The notes beneath the pieces were generated by a model. It did not search any database, was not told the DNA's origin, and worked only from the letters and a program-made list of their open reading frames with translations. The position numbers and the translations under genes are program-made. This document shows positions 12,142-24,390 of a stretch of 64,000 nucleotides of DNA, in pieces; position 1 is the first letter of the stretch, and every line of letters begins with the position of its first letter. The stretch covers positions 533,114 to 597,113 of the forward strand of contig NW_003314263.1 in the NCBI RefSeq assembly GCF_000143415.4, written 5' to 3'. This stretch comes from Selaginella moellendorffii (lineage: Eukaryota; Plantae; Lycopodiophyta).

Positions 12142-13410
12142 CTAAGTAAATCTTGGTGGCAGAGGTGGGAATGGAACAGCATTGCCTGCAAACAAGTCCT
12201 TGAGGTTGAACGGGGTAGCGACGCTCTGGTCTCCGTGCCAAAAGTTCTTAAACATCATCAAGTAGGCAGCCTCGCTGAAGTGAGCAGCATCGAAAAACAT
12301 GTAAGTTGCCGGGTTTGGACACAAAAAGGGCTGGTACTCAGACGTCCTCTGTGTGTAGGAATCGGCACAAGACTCGGCAGCGTTGAAAGGGCCAGCTCCA
12401 CAGCACGCATCCACACTGTTCACGAATCCTACTCAAGTTCCAACGAATCGAGTGTCAGAAGAATTTTCTACCACGAAACGAGACCGCTTACCAGAAGCTC
12501 TAGGTACGCGTATTGTGCTCATCAAGAGATCATACGGCTTGAGAACAATCAGCTGAATTCCCGTGAGTTGCGATGACAGGGTCTTGGCGAGATCGTCAAG
12601 TCCGGCGTTCACGTCCTTGGCCAAGGTGTTTGCTGCCTCCAAGCAGTCGAAACGCCTGAATCCCTGGCTCGAACGAGATGCGGCTAGCTTTGACTGCGGG
12701 AAGCAACCCACGGGTCCAAGTTCCACCACCACTATCTTTCGTGCTCCATGGTTATACAGCGTCTGCAAAGCACCAAACGGTTTGAGGAAAGAAAACTCCA
12801 GAAACTTGACACTTACCTCGATGCCTGACTTGTAGGTGGCGATCAAGCTCTGGACAAACTGCTGCTCGGGAATCTTCATCGACGGTTGTGAAATGTAGTT
12901 GGCAATATCATCGGCACCAGTGGAAATGACGAACACGGACTCGCTCAGCATCGTCTCGGCGTTGCTCTTGCCTCTCCACTTGAAAACCTCCATCACACTT
13001 GACAGCTGCTGGAGCTGCTTCTTGAAGCTCACGACTCCTCTGGAAGTACCGGTTGAATCGAGCAGGCCACTCCCAGCCGAGGCAAAGTTCGCGCCGTGCC
13101 TGTGATCTCCCAGCGGCTGGACGAAAGGCGGGACGAGAGGAAGGCCGAGGGACTGCGCCAGGAAATCCGCCAGCGTCCGGCCATTGGTAAAACGTCCAGC
13201 AGCGTGGCCGAAGAACGTCTCGCCGTATGGAGAAACGCTGGCTTGGTACGTAGAGTTCACATACGTGTTGGTTCCAGCATCGACGGTGCCATCTCCGAGG
13301 ATGAACAGGGCTGGAACGCTGGGCAAATTGTACTGCGCTGAAGCTAAGGAGGCGATGATCGCGATGAGAAGCACCGCTGCTGGGAAGAACTTGGTGGATT
13401 CAAGTGCCAT
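12142..13410 (-). CDS. GDSL esterase/lipase family protein, secreted, with catalytic Ser replaced by Gly
   Basis: Signal peptide; block I FILGDGTVDAG, GRFTNGR, GANFASAGSG, block V FFDAAHFSE; two short introns in the 3' half. Confidence 0.92.
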
Positions 13411-13729
13411 CGCTGCTGCTTGACGATAACTTCCCTTGTGGAATGGCTGGTTTTATAGCGAGGCTCGGCCAAAGTTGTCCGCGGACTAACATGGTCATTT
13501 CATTTCCTTAAATCTGAAATATGGGAAAAAAAAAAAAGTGTTTTAGAAAAACTTGTCCTTTTATTACCAATGAAAACAAAGAAAAAGAAACAAAGAATAT
13601 TCTTTAGCAGTGAATTTCTAATTGGTTTTAGGGCGGAGTTGAAATCAAGTGGAGGAAGATTCTCCTTTGAATGAACAGGATAAAGAATTTTAAGAAGATT
13701 TCTTTCTTTCTTTTGTGTTTATATCCTCA

Positions 13730-14180
13730 CTCTGAATTTGCAAAGGATTGACATCTTTCCTCCCGTGGAGTTTTCTGGGAAAGTAATGGAGGTGAGAAGA
13801 GAACACGACCAGCAAGTAGAAAGGAAGAAGCGCTAGAACTAAGCAAGAGTGTTTCATAGCTATGGAGCAGCCTTCTGTCTTGAGCTAAACAAACGTTTGT
13901 CACGAGCAGGCAGCAGTAGCCAAAGCATCGCAAGAGGCAGCTCCCACTCCCCAGCAGCATCACAAAAAATGGAGAGACGCCGTGGTAAGAAACCAAGTAT
14001 TCTTCCCTTCGGAATCACACTGGCAAAGCGACCATCCCACTCCAGCATCCTTGTCAAGGTGAAGCCTCTCCAAAGTCCCGCTAAGAAAGCTAAAGTCGAC
14101 GAGGTCCATGTCAAAGTCGTCGGAGAGCCGCGGCCAATGGCTGGTCTTAGGCGGCTCTAACGACGAGGACGACGACTGAT
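13730..14180 (+). pseudogene. Inverted partial duplicate of the 3' half of the FAM192A/NIP30 gene
   Basis: SHSSILVKVKPLQSPAKKAKV is nearly identical to the segment at 11130-11200. It has frameshifts, retains introns and lacks the 5' exons. Confidence 0.85.
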
Positions 14181-14465
14181 TCAAACGGAGATAAAGGTGG
14201 CAAGTTCGTAGTTTATCCCCATTTGTCACGATCGAGCTTTTGACTTGCAGGGACGAAAAACTAGGAATATCCGCGGGCACCAATGAAAGCCGGCCTCCAC
14301 CAGGTTGCCCGCGTGTCCAACAGTTCTTCCTCGTCTCGCCCGACCACCACATTCGGACGTCTCTTGGACGCCCAAGACTTCGTTCGGAGCTTTTAAGTTG
14401 TGAGTGGGCTCTACAAAGGAAGAGGAGGAGACCTGCGTTCTTGGCTTAGAAGCTGTAGCCCAGCG

Positions 14466-16886
14466 ATGAGGAGCATCGTTGTGCTGGTAGCAGGATTGGT
14501 TCTGGGTTGGATCGACAGAGCTTTGGATTTGAGCAGGACTTTCTTGGTGAGATGGATAGGGGTGAAGAGGCTGCACTGGATCTCCAAGCATCTGGTGCCG
14601 TGGAGCTTGCTATATTGGATTGGTGGGACTCTCCGGCGGAACTTTGTGATGTGGAGGAACTGTGGTGTCATTTTGGGGGTCGTGCTACTGACCTGGAAGA
14701 CGCAGTCGCGGCTGCTGGGCAGCTCGGGTAATGGCAAGATGCAAACGAAGTGGAACGTGACAGCCGCTGTGCCGCTGCCAAGACGTCTGGTCTACGACAA
14801 CGGGTTGGGAAAAACTCCGATAATGGGGTGAGTGTCAAGAAAAAAATGGGTTTTTTTCATGCTTTTTGAGAAGCCAATTTCTTCGCGGGACTGATGAGAG
14901 TTCGCTGTTGCATATAGGTGGAGCGGCTGGAACAAATACGAGTGCAAGATCAATGAGAAGATCGTTTTCGGAAACAGTAAGACCTCTCTTTCACGTTTTC
15001 TTTTTCTTGCTCTGTTCTTTTCAACAGGACTTATCTTATTGTTGTGGTTGATATGATTTTTCAGCTGATGCGCTGGTCAGGCATGGGCTCGATCAGCTCG
15101 GATACAATTACGTCATTGTTGGTAATATATCTCAATCACATGGTTTTTTCGGGTACTATTTCTTGTGTTTAGATGATTGCTGGGCTGCTTATAAGCGCGA
15201 TAAGCAGGTGAGTAGAAAACGGAGTGAAGCTTCTCATGAAAATCCCGTCTGTCTTTGTGTACAGGGGAATTTGAAGTCGCATCCGACGACTTTTCCTTCG
15301 GGAATGAAAGCACTTGCAGACTATGCGCATAGCAAAGGATTGAAGTTCGGGCTTTACTCGGACGCAGGGTTGGTCGAACTTGTTTTGCTTTTCTCCCAAG
15401 ATTGAATCTCATTGTCGATGCAGAAGGAGAACTTGTATAGGACACCGAGCTGGCTCCGAGGACCACGAAATCCGGGACGCCAAAACATTCGCTTCATGGG
15501 TAAAACATTTGTCAAAGCTGCGACAGATTCCTCCACCTCACATTTGTTTCATTTTTCAACCAGGGCGTGGACTATCTCAAGTATGACAATTGCTTCCACA
15601 AAAAACATTACTACCCGCACCTTCGGTACGCTTTGAACGCGAGCTTAAGCTTTTTATTTCTGGTTTTCCTTGCTTGTAGTTACCCGGTGATGAGCGAAGC
15701 TCTTAACAAAAGTGGCAGACCGATATTCTATACCATCTGTGAATGGTGAGTGCATCTTCTTCAACATCTTGTTTACAATGCTTTTTTTTCTTTTTTCTTG
15801 CGCGTAGGGGTGAAGATCATCCCGCACTCTGGGCAGGCAAGTATGCAAACTCGTGGCGCACTTCTTTAGATGTCAAGGACAGATGGGACCGGTAAAATTT
15901 TGTTCTCCTTTTTTCTTTTTTTCCCGTGTGTGGGTCAATGTTTTCTCTCCTTCCAGAATCCAGATTTTGGCCGACGACAACAATATGTGGGCAGCGTATG
16001 CTGGTCCTGGAGGATGGAACGGTAAGCTGCCCAGTCTCTTTACATTCCTAGACGAAGAAAGAAAGACGAGAAAAAAAAAGAGAGATTTTTCTGCTGGCTT
16101 GTTCTTGAAGAGTGTGTTTTTTGTATTGAAACTTTTAGAGCTGGTCTCCAGATCCTGATATGCTTCAGGTTGGCAACGGACGCATGAGTGTGGCGGAGTA
16201 TCGGTCGCATTTCAGCATCTGGTCTATCATGAAAGTAAGAGCTCTCACTTGTTTCATTCACTTCACTTCACCAAGTTGCTAAAATTTTGTCACAGGCGCC
16301 ACTGATCATCGGGTGTGAGCTCAGGAAAATCCGAGAGGAACACCTGGAAATCTACAAAAACAAAGAGATCATCGACATCAACCAAGGTTTGCACAGGTGC
16401 TTTTGCATGGAAACTTAATCACGTTATATTTCTCCTGTGATAGATCCACTGGGGATTCAAGCTAGAAAAGTTAGCAGGCAGGGACGTTGTAAATGTCGTG
16501 AGGTACGACGTCACTGCGAAAATCTTTGTTCTTGCGTTGATCCTTGAAACAACAGGTCTGGGCAGGGCCGCTCTCCGGCAAGAGAATAGTTCTAGCGCTC
16601 TGGAACCGAGATTGGCGAAGAGTTGCCATCAAAGTGAATTGGTTTGATCTTGGACTGGAGCCGGGAGTGTCTGTTCGCGTTCGAGATTTGTGGAAGGTGC
16701 TGATACGACTTTGAATGATGCCTCTTTTAACGTTGTTTCTTGGTACCTCAGCATGAAGATTGGAGCGAGCGACAGCAGGATGGCTTCGAAGTCGCGATTG
16801 ATTCCCACGATTGTGGAGTCTACATTCTCTCGGACGTGAGACTAACCTCGGACAACGTCTACGTGATCGCGGACCACGTTTTCTGA
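14466..16886 (+). CDS. Alpha-galactosidase (GH27), about 15 short exons
   Basis: [82 protein letters not shown]. Confidence 0.93.
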
Positions 16887-16991
16887 AGATGGTGATGATA
16901 CACAAGTTTTTTGATTCCTTGAAAAGGAAAGAAACAAAGGTTAGCAGAAGATCCGGGATTTCTTTTGGCTTGCTTACCCCGTGTAGATAGA

Positions 16992-19796
16992 TTACATTCC
17001 CAAGTCGTTTAGAATGCGTTCAATGAGGATCTCTTTCTTGCCGCTGAGCGGGAGCTTCTTTCCCGCGAGATAATACTTGAGCTCCACCACGGTGAGTTTC
17101 TTAAGCTGCAACGAAGGAAAAGGTATTTTTCCGTTTGGAAAGAACGAAGAGCTTACCTCGCCGTCCAAAGCAAGCTGACGCCAATTGTATTTTTCTGATT
17201 CTTTGGTCGCTACTTCAGCAGCAGCCTTTCTCTTTTGAGCTGTGACGCTTCCTTTCGCCCGTTCGGCCTCCGCAGCTGCCTCTTCTTGGTCATGATCAGC
17301 CCCGTAGACAGTGTCTTTGAATGCTTGAACTACGGCAACTATCGACGGCCTGAAAAGCATAGTTTCAGCCATGTTGGAAAATGAAGATCAAAGTACCACG
17401 CACCTTTTCATGCCTTCCTCGTCTGGCAATGTACAATCCTCGACTTCTTCCACGGTGTCTTCCTGGAGTCCAAGAGCTTGCAGATTTGAATAGTGTCTTT
17501 GAAGGGCTGAGAAAAGACATGAAGAAAAGTTCCGGCAACGTTAAGATGCTATGGATAGCACTAACCTGGGTTTTGTATATCGTATACTGTAAATTCTCGC
17601 AAGTGGAGCTTCTTGATGAGAGCCATTGCTTTGTCGATATGCTCTTTTGCCGCTATTTCAACTCCACCTTTGCTCAGATTTATCTGTGAAAGAAACTGGT
17701 ATCAGAGAGAAAACATGGAAGCCTGACGCCAACTACCTTTTCAGGCTGTCGAATGTCCTCTGCATATGGAAGGTAGATCATATGCATTCCAGGTGGCTGG
17801 ACTTGCCCATACTCGTTCACAATCTCTTCCTAAAACAGAAACTCGATCAGAACGAACAGCTGGCATTCGTTGCCTTCAAGTACCTGGGGAACCAAAGCAA
17901 CCAGGTGAGGAGACGTCGAATTTCCATGAAACGCCAAAGCAAACCTACACAGCCACGTTTCAGATAAGAACTGGTAGAATAAGAGACTCACTTTTTCTGC
18001 CGGATCAAAGACCTATGTAGCGCAATGAAAAGACAGGTGCTGCCTTTGATGGCCTGCACGTAGCGTTTAGAGAAAATCTCTAGTTTTCCAGTCAAGCCAC
18101 TTACCTCTTCACTAGGATACAGGAACGTAGCTGGCCTCAAGTTGTGATAGTCTTTAAGGCAAGCAATTGATTTGAAGCCTAGAAGTCGGAGTTGTACGTC
18201 AGTTATCTTTTTCACTTCTGCAAGCTCTTCGCGTGTCATGAGAACTCGCTTACTGCATCAAACGCATGGATGATGAAACTGACAGCCAATGTCATATACC
18301 TGTTATAGTGTGTAAAACGTTTCGTAGATTCCGTCACTATAGCGCCCGTATCCGTGCATATGAGAGCTCGTTCAGACTGCAATGGCTGTTAAAACTCAGG
18401 TAAATACGTTGAAGGAGTTACCTTCACAGGCTTGTTTGTCGTGGAATCAAGCCACTCGTACTTGCCTACATAGAAAAGCTGAGAATGAGTTTTACAATCA
18501 GCCAAAGTCTTCAACCTGTCGTAGCCGGCCGAACCATCGCATATGTCCCGAGACCGATACTAGTCCCATTGGCAATGGTGAACGTTATTTTCCTTACAAC
18601 ACGCTTTTGAAAAAGCTTCTTTCTCATCCTAGCCTTGAGTTCTTCAAATCTACAGCAACACGAGCTTTAGGTAGTCTGCAAAGCTTCGTACCAAAACATA
18701 CCTTTTTTCTGCACCAACCATAAAATTCGACAGTTCGTCATCTTCCATGGTAATCATATCCTGCAAAAAAATTGTTCCAGGATCTGGTTATGCAAAACCC
18801 GAGCGAACCTTATAAAAGATGTTGAGATTAAATTCTTCTCCAGGCCTGCTCATCGGGTAGAGTTCAATCGAAATTCCAAGATCTTGCGAGTCCTGGGGTT
18901 GCAATAACATTACTGATCAAATAAAATAATCACAGCAAAGTACCTTTGCCCGTTGTATAGTTGTTCTCCTCATGTCAGCCTTTGTAACGGGATCCGCATT
19001 TTCGAAAGGATCATCGTTGTTCGTAAACAGCAGAATTCGCTTGCCTAGATTCTTTGTAGCACTGAAAGAAACCATTGAAGGAACAATCGAAGGGAAGCTT
19101 TCCAGCGTACCTCTTTCCGAGCATGCCTTGTGCGACCCAAAGGCCATTGTAAAGCGGATTTTCTCTGGCCCCGTAGTTAGAACCATCGTTGCTCCCTATA
19201 ACACTATCAAAGTTTTCTGAGATGGAGAAGACATTAGATGGCTGAAAGTAGCTGGACAAAAAGCACGGTACCGCACAAGGAAGAAGTATCTTTGATAAAA
19301 GAAGCCGAGAGCTTGCTGAGCTCCTTAAACGTATAAACACCCTCTGAGGAGAGCGAGTTATTTTTTTCGCGCTGCAAAATTCGTTAAAATTTTTTTTTCC
19401 TCGCATTCCACCAGGAGAACCAAGGCTTACCGTGTTGATGAAGCAAATTCCCACTTCATCGGAGTCTCTAGAAATGATCCTCGTCTTCAAATCTTCAGTG
19501 ATAGATTCCATCACAGCTTCCAAGTAAGTTTTAGTCTCTCCCTGCAAAGAAATCTTTCATCAAAGACCAAAATGGAGCTCGACCTTAGAATACCCGCTTT
19601 GTCTGGAGCTGGAGAAGCATATCTTTCCCAGCGTCGATCAGAAACACGACGTAATCCCTGGTCGCCCCCTCCTGCCATGGCGATGCGATCAAGAAAGAGA
19701 TCAAACACGCTAGAAATCCCTGGCGCATACCACCGCGTACTCGTCCTCCTCGTCCTCCTCCTCATCGGCGTATGGATCGTCGCCATTGTCCGCCAT
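16992..19796 (-). CDS. KU70: Ku70 (ATP-dependent DNA helicase 2 subunit, NHEJ)
   Basis: Acidic N-terminus; vWA segments VYLIDAGKDML and KRILLFTNNDDP; core LRLLGFK...HNLRPATFLYP and GMHMIYLPYAEDIR; C-terminal SAP domain LKKLTVVELKYYL...LSGKKEILIERI. Confidence 0.95.
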
Positions 19797-20089
19797 CGTC
19801 TTCCTCAAGCTTCTAAAGCCCTAATCCTCGAAAATGAGTCAGCCCTAAACTCTCAATAATGGCGCTCATAAGATGCTTTGGATATTTTAAAAAAGCATTA
19901 CATTAAAGAGCTCCCTGATTGAGTGAAAGTACTTAAACACGTGAATATTGCTGTGGAATGCGGTAAGACGAGCACAAGGCAACAAATTTCCAGGACCGTA
20001 ATCCGTTCCAGATCGAACATTGATCCAACTGCATCTTTCTATTTAAAGCCCTAATCCCTTGAGAGTGAGTCAGCCCTAAATTCTCAATA

Positions 20090-21930
20090 ATGGCGCTCTT
20101 GCTGCGCCTTGTCCCAGGGCGATCGCGATCGATCGCGAGGTCTCTCCGGCCTCATCGATTCCTCGCGTCTCTGGCTCATGGCGATGATGCCGCGGCCGAG
20201 GGCATGGCGGCGCAGATTCTCGACTACGCGGCGGCGGCGAGGAAGAAAGGAGGTACAACATTTCGCGCTTTTGCGATCTAGCTAGTGATCCTTGTAGCAG
20301 GCGCCGGGTATTTGGATGCAATGCAGGTTCTAGAGCATGGCGTGAGCTTTGTGAAGAATTCCGGGCCCTCGGCTGCCAATGCGCTGTGTAAGATCCAGTT
20401 CGCGATAGCGAACTTCCACGCTGATCAGTAAGATCACTAGGAGTCTTTGGTCTAAGCTTAAATTTTTCTTGTATTTTTTTTCTTGTAGAGGGAAAGTCTC
20501 GGACGCTACTGAGGTATTACATGGTGTTTCGAGCAATGAGTCGGCTGGATTGGAGGTGCGGGGTCAGTTTACTCTCGCTTTTTTCGTCGGTGGAATGTTT
20601 TTCGCTGATTGTTTTATGGTGGCTAGTTTCTGCTCTGGAAGCTTTGGTAGGACTCTACTTGCAAATACACGAGGTTAGTTTTCATTTCTCGTTTGGATAA
20701 GCATCTCTGGTTATGGTGTTTTCGTCGTGCTTTTCTTCTAGGATGAATTGGCGTCCGCTCAATTGCAAACTATATCAGAGCTTGCTACTCCGGAATCTGA
20801 TATTGGACCTCGATCGCAAGCATTAGCCGGACTCGTCAAACTATCTGGAGGACAGTTTGATGCTGGTATGAGTATTTTCCTTTTATTGTTTTGATGATGA
20901 TTGTTTCTTTACTCCAACACGCGTATAGCAGCGGCTTCGTGTTTTGAGGCATTTCCACCTGATACAAAGCAAGGTTGGTTTTTATCATTTCTTTTCATGC
21001 TCGTAGTTTACGTTGAATTCTAGGAGCTGCCATCCTTGCTCGAGCTGAAGTTGCCCACGTAAGAGGCGCTGACAAGGAAGCTAAAAACTTTTACGAAAGC
21101 GCTGCTGCGCTTGCAAAAAACGAAACTGACAGAAGCAAAGGAGCCACAATGACTTCTACCGAAGTTCATTCAGCAGCTCTAGCAGGTTTAGGACAGCTTT
21201 CAGCTGACCTTGGGTAAGCAAATTTTCATATCTCTAGGCGCTCGTGATTATCTTTTATTACAGACGCTTTGATGAAGCAGAGAAAATTTTGACAGAAGCT
21301 CTTCAAGTCGCTGAAAGCATTAGTGGTAATTTGGAAAACAGCCTGTTTCTAAAGCTGATAGCTAATATGATACTGCAGGTGAGACGCACGCACGAGTTGG
21401 ACTTGTGTTATCTTGCATGGCGGATCTCTACAGTAGACGAGCGAAGGCCGAGAATAGCGGGTTCATGATAGCAGAGGTTTGTAATTTTTTCTTGTTGTAG
21501 CGTATACATTTTCATCTTCTACAAAATTTCAATGCAGGGCCTTTATCGCAGATCTTTGAACTTGTTGAAAGCTCCCCAGCTGGAAAAAGGTAGAAGCTCT
21601 AGCGAAGCTCATGTCTAACTGCCGCAAGCTCATGTTTCTAACAGAAGCAAAGGACAAACTTCAATATCTGGACGCCATTGCAATCACAAGAGGTATTCAG
21701 ACGTTCCACACTTCGTTCTCTAATTCTAGTTCTGGACAATCGCAGCTAGATATGCCGATATCCTGTCTAGCGTGGAGCAGCGAGCAAGCGAAGCTGAAAG
21801 ACTAAAATCCTGGGCTACTGCAGCGTGGAGAAACCAGCGTTCTCTCTCTGATGTACTAAAAGCCGCAGCGAGAGACAACGGATCAAAGCTCCACTCCGTG
21901 ATCGACGTGCGGCTTGGTAGAGTTTTTTGA
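20090..21930 (+). CDS. TPR-like superfamily protein (Arabidopsis NDP1/At5g02130-like), probable organellar transit peptide
   Basis: Arg/Ser-rich presequence; MAAQILDYA..ARK; TPR-like helices FDEAEKILTEALQVAE and GLYRRSLNLLK; C-terminus AWRNQRSLSDVL...VIDVRLGRVF*. Confidence 0.72.
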
Positions 21931-22187
21931 GACGATCACAGGTTAAATAATCTTTGCAGTTCTTGGTGGTTTTAACGTCCTCTACTTCGAATAGATACAG
22001 GGATCGATCCTTCTAGAGTGCCTCTTATCGGCACATCCAGTTTCCACCTATTGCGTCTTTACACCTCGGCAAGCTTTGCAACCAAGTGGTGTTGTCCTCC
22101 GTGGAGTCCGACGTGTCGAGAACACAGCCACCATTTTTTCTTTGGAGCAACTTGGCTAGCAAGCTCCTCCCTGTGAGAGAAGTGGCG

Positions 22188-22729
22188 ATGGCAGCAGCAA
22201 CAGCAGCAGCATTGGTACCATCTGGACTTGCCAGCAGCAGCTTGAATGGGACGAAGCTACGAATCAAGCCTACAGCGCAAGTTTCAATGAGAAGATCCAC
22301 AGCCAAGTAAGTTACTTCAAAGAGGAAAACTTACAGTGGAACTGTTCCTTCGAAAACTTCCAGGCTCGGTGTCTCGGCGAAGTATGGAGAGAAGAGCGTC
22401 TACTTCGACTTGGGAGATATCAACAACACCACCGGAGCTTGGGACTTGTATGGATCGGATACGCCTTCCCCTTACAATGGACTCCAGGTGTGTCTTCTCT
22501 TTCTTCTTGATCCACGGAGATGAAACTTTTTTGCTTTCTCGTTTCGTAGAGCCAATTCTTCCAAATCTTCGCTGGCGCTTTCACCAAGAGAGGGCTGTTG
22601 CTCAAGTTTCTACTGCTTGCTGGTACCGGTGCTGTGGCTTTCACGGGCGCTAATGCACCTGCGAGTCTCGTCCCTGTCAAGAGAGGAGCTGTTGGGCCGC
22701 CGACGCCTGGCCCGAGAGGCAAGATCTAG
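22188..22729 (+). CDS. PSAH: Photosystem I reaction centre subunit H (PSI-H), 3 exons
   Basis: Transit peptide, then [37 protein letters not shown] / [23 protein letters not shown]...GPRGKI*. Confidence 0.96.
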
Positions 22730-22857
22730 ATCGAGAAACGCTGCTAGCCACCATGAATGTAACTTATGCTGGAACTTCGTCACTCTGGATAAGAAACCAA
22801 AGCTTGAGCTTGCTCGTGATTCTCTTTGTGATCAAAATCTAGCGAGCTTGGATCTGG

Positions 22858-24306
22858 TCAAGAACTTAAGCTGGCCAGCCACGGCAAGAGCTGCTCGTGC
22901 ACAAGCTCTGGCCCGTCGTCGTGAGGACAGTGTCCAACGTTTTGTAGCACTCGAAGCTTTACGTTTGGACGTGAGGATGGAAGGCTGGTAAAGTACTTGC
23001 CCACTGGTCCATCCACCGGAGTGAAAGGATCGGTGTCGCCCCATAGCACCAAGATCGGGCAGTGGATCTTGTCGATGAGAGCCATGGGAGTCGGGCCTGG
23101 AGGACCAGTTATGATCGAAACGAATGCTTCCAGAGCTCCTGGATCCTCCGCAGGCCTTCTGATAATCTGTGGAGGCGAAAGTTTGAGATAAACTCGAGAA
23201 GGAATCGAGTACCTCTATGAGTTCTTGGTCCACAGCTTCCTTGTTGACGTAAACTGACGATAGAAGAGTCTTAAGATTTTCCCTGTAGATTTGCAAAGCT
23301 TTAGAAAGTTTGCGCAGCCATGGTGAAGCTTACCTCGACTTCACTCGGTTGAAGAGACGAGAGGAGATTCCTGGTTGCTTGAGTAGCCAGTCTATGAGCG
23401 AAAGCAAGGGTGATGCTAGCTTCAAGCGCCAGTCATCCACCACTGCTTTGTTGTTCATTCCTCCAGCACAGTTTAAAAGCACTGCTCCTCGAATCAATCC
23501 TTCAGTGGCATCTAGAGAGAAAAAGAAGAGAAGATCCATGCAAGTTAGAGAGAGAGAGAGAGAACGATCAACTTACTCGCAGTAGCAGTAAGACATGCGA
23601 GACTGCCGATAGAATTTCCAACAAGAACAGTCGGAGCCGACTCCATAACATCTTTGATGAAATCTAGCAAAAGCTGCTCTACGGAACGCCGCACTGTAGC
23701 AAGTTCTTAGCACGATATCCAAAAAAGAAGAAACAAAACCAGCAAGAACACAAACCTCTCCCCATGTTTCCATTGTGTAAGAAAAGTTTGCCGGTTTCTC
23801 AGACGCGCCTAGTCCCAGAAGATCGATTGCGTAGACCGAATAGTTCTTCGCAAGAACAGGGATGTTTCTGCGACCAAATTCACGGATTTCACAAGCTAGA
23901 ATATCATCCAGAGAACCAATTACCTCCTGAAATGCCCGATAGAAGCCCCAAATCCATGGACGAGAAGAATCGCGGGGCCTCCACTCGAAACGAGAGCAGC
24001 GTAGTTGATCTTGTACAACCCCTTCCACTCCCAGACCTTGCACTGGCTGTAAATCTCTTCCATTCCCGGGCCGATGTCTCCAGGAGCGACCTCTTGCTGC
24101 TCCTCTCCACCGCCTGCCAGGGCAATTCCAATGCTCGCCTCCGGCAATCCAACAACGCTGCTGCTCGCGCTTGCTTCGCTTTCTTGAGACGACGATCCAG
24201 CTGCGCAACTCACGCGATTTCTGTAAGCAATGCGGCATCTTCCCCCCTGGATCGAAAATCTAGAAGAAGAAACGCTGAGAGAAGCGTTGAGGGCTATTGC
24301 CGCCAT
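22858..24306 (-). CDS. CLD1: Chloroplast alpha/beta hydrolase, chlorophyll dephytylase CLD1-like (pheophytinase family)
   Basis: Transit peptide; LLVHGFGASIGHFRR, AIDLLGLGASEKP, GNSIGS nucleophile elbow, LLNCAGGMNNKAVVDDWR, LWGDTDPFTP, VGHCPHDD. Confidence 0.82.
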
Positions 24307-24341
24307 AGCCAAATTAACGTTAAGTTTCTAGGGTTCTTCAT

Positions 24342-24349
24342 TTTCCCGC
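24342..24349 (+). promoter_or_regulatory. E2F binding site TTTCCCGC in the 84-bp gap between the CLD1-like and primase start codons
   Basis: Exact match to the TTTSSCGC consensus, just upstream of a DNA replication gene. Confidence 0.6.
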
Positions 24350-24390
24350 CATTTTCTTTCCTCTTTCTTCTAGGGCTTTAGCGAGCGGCT

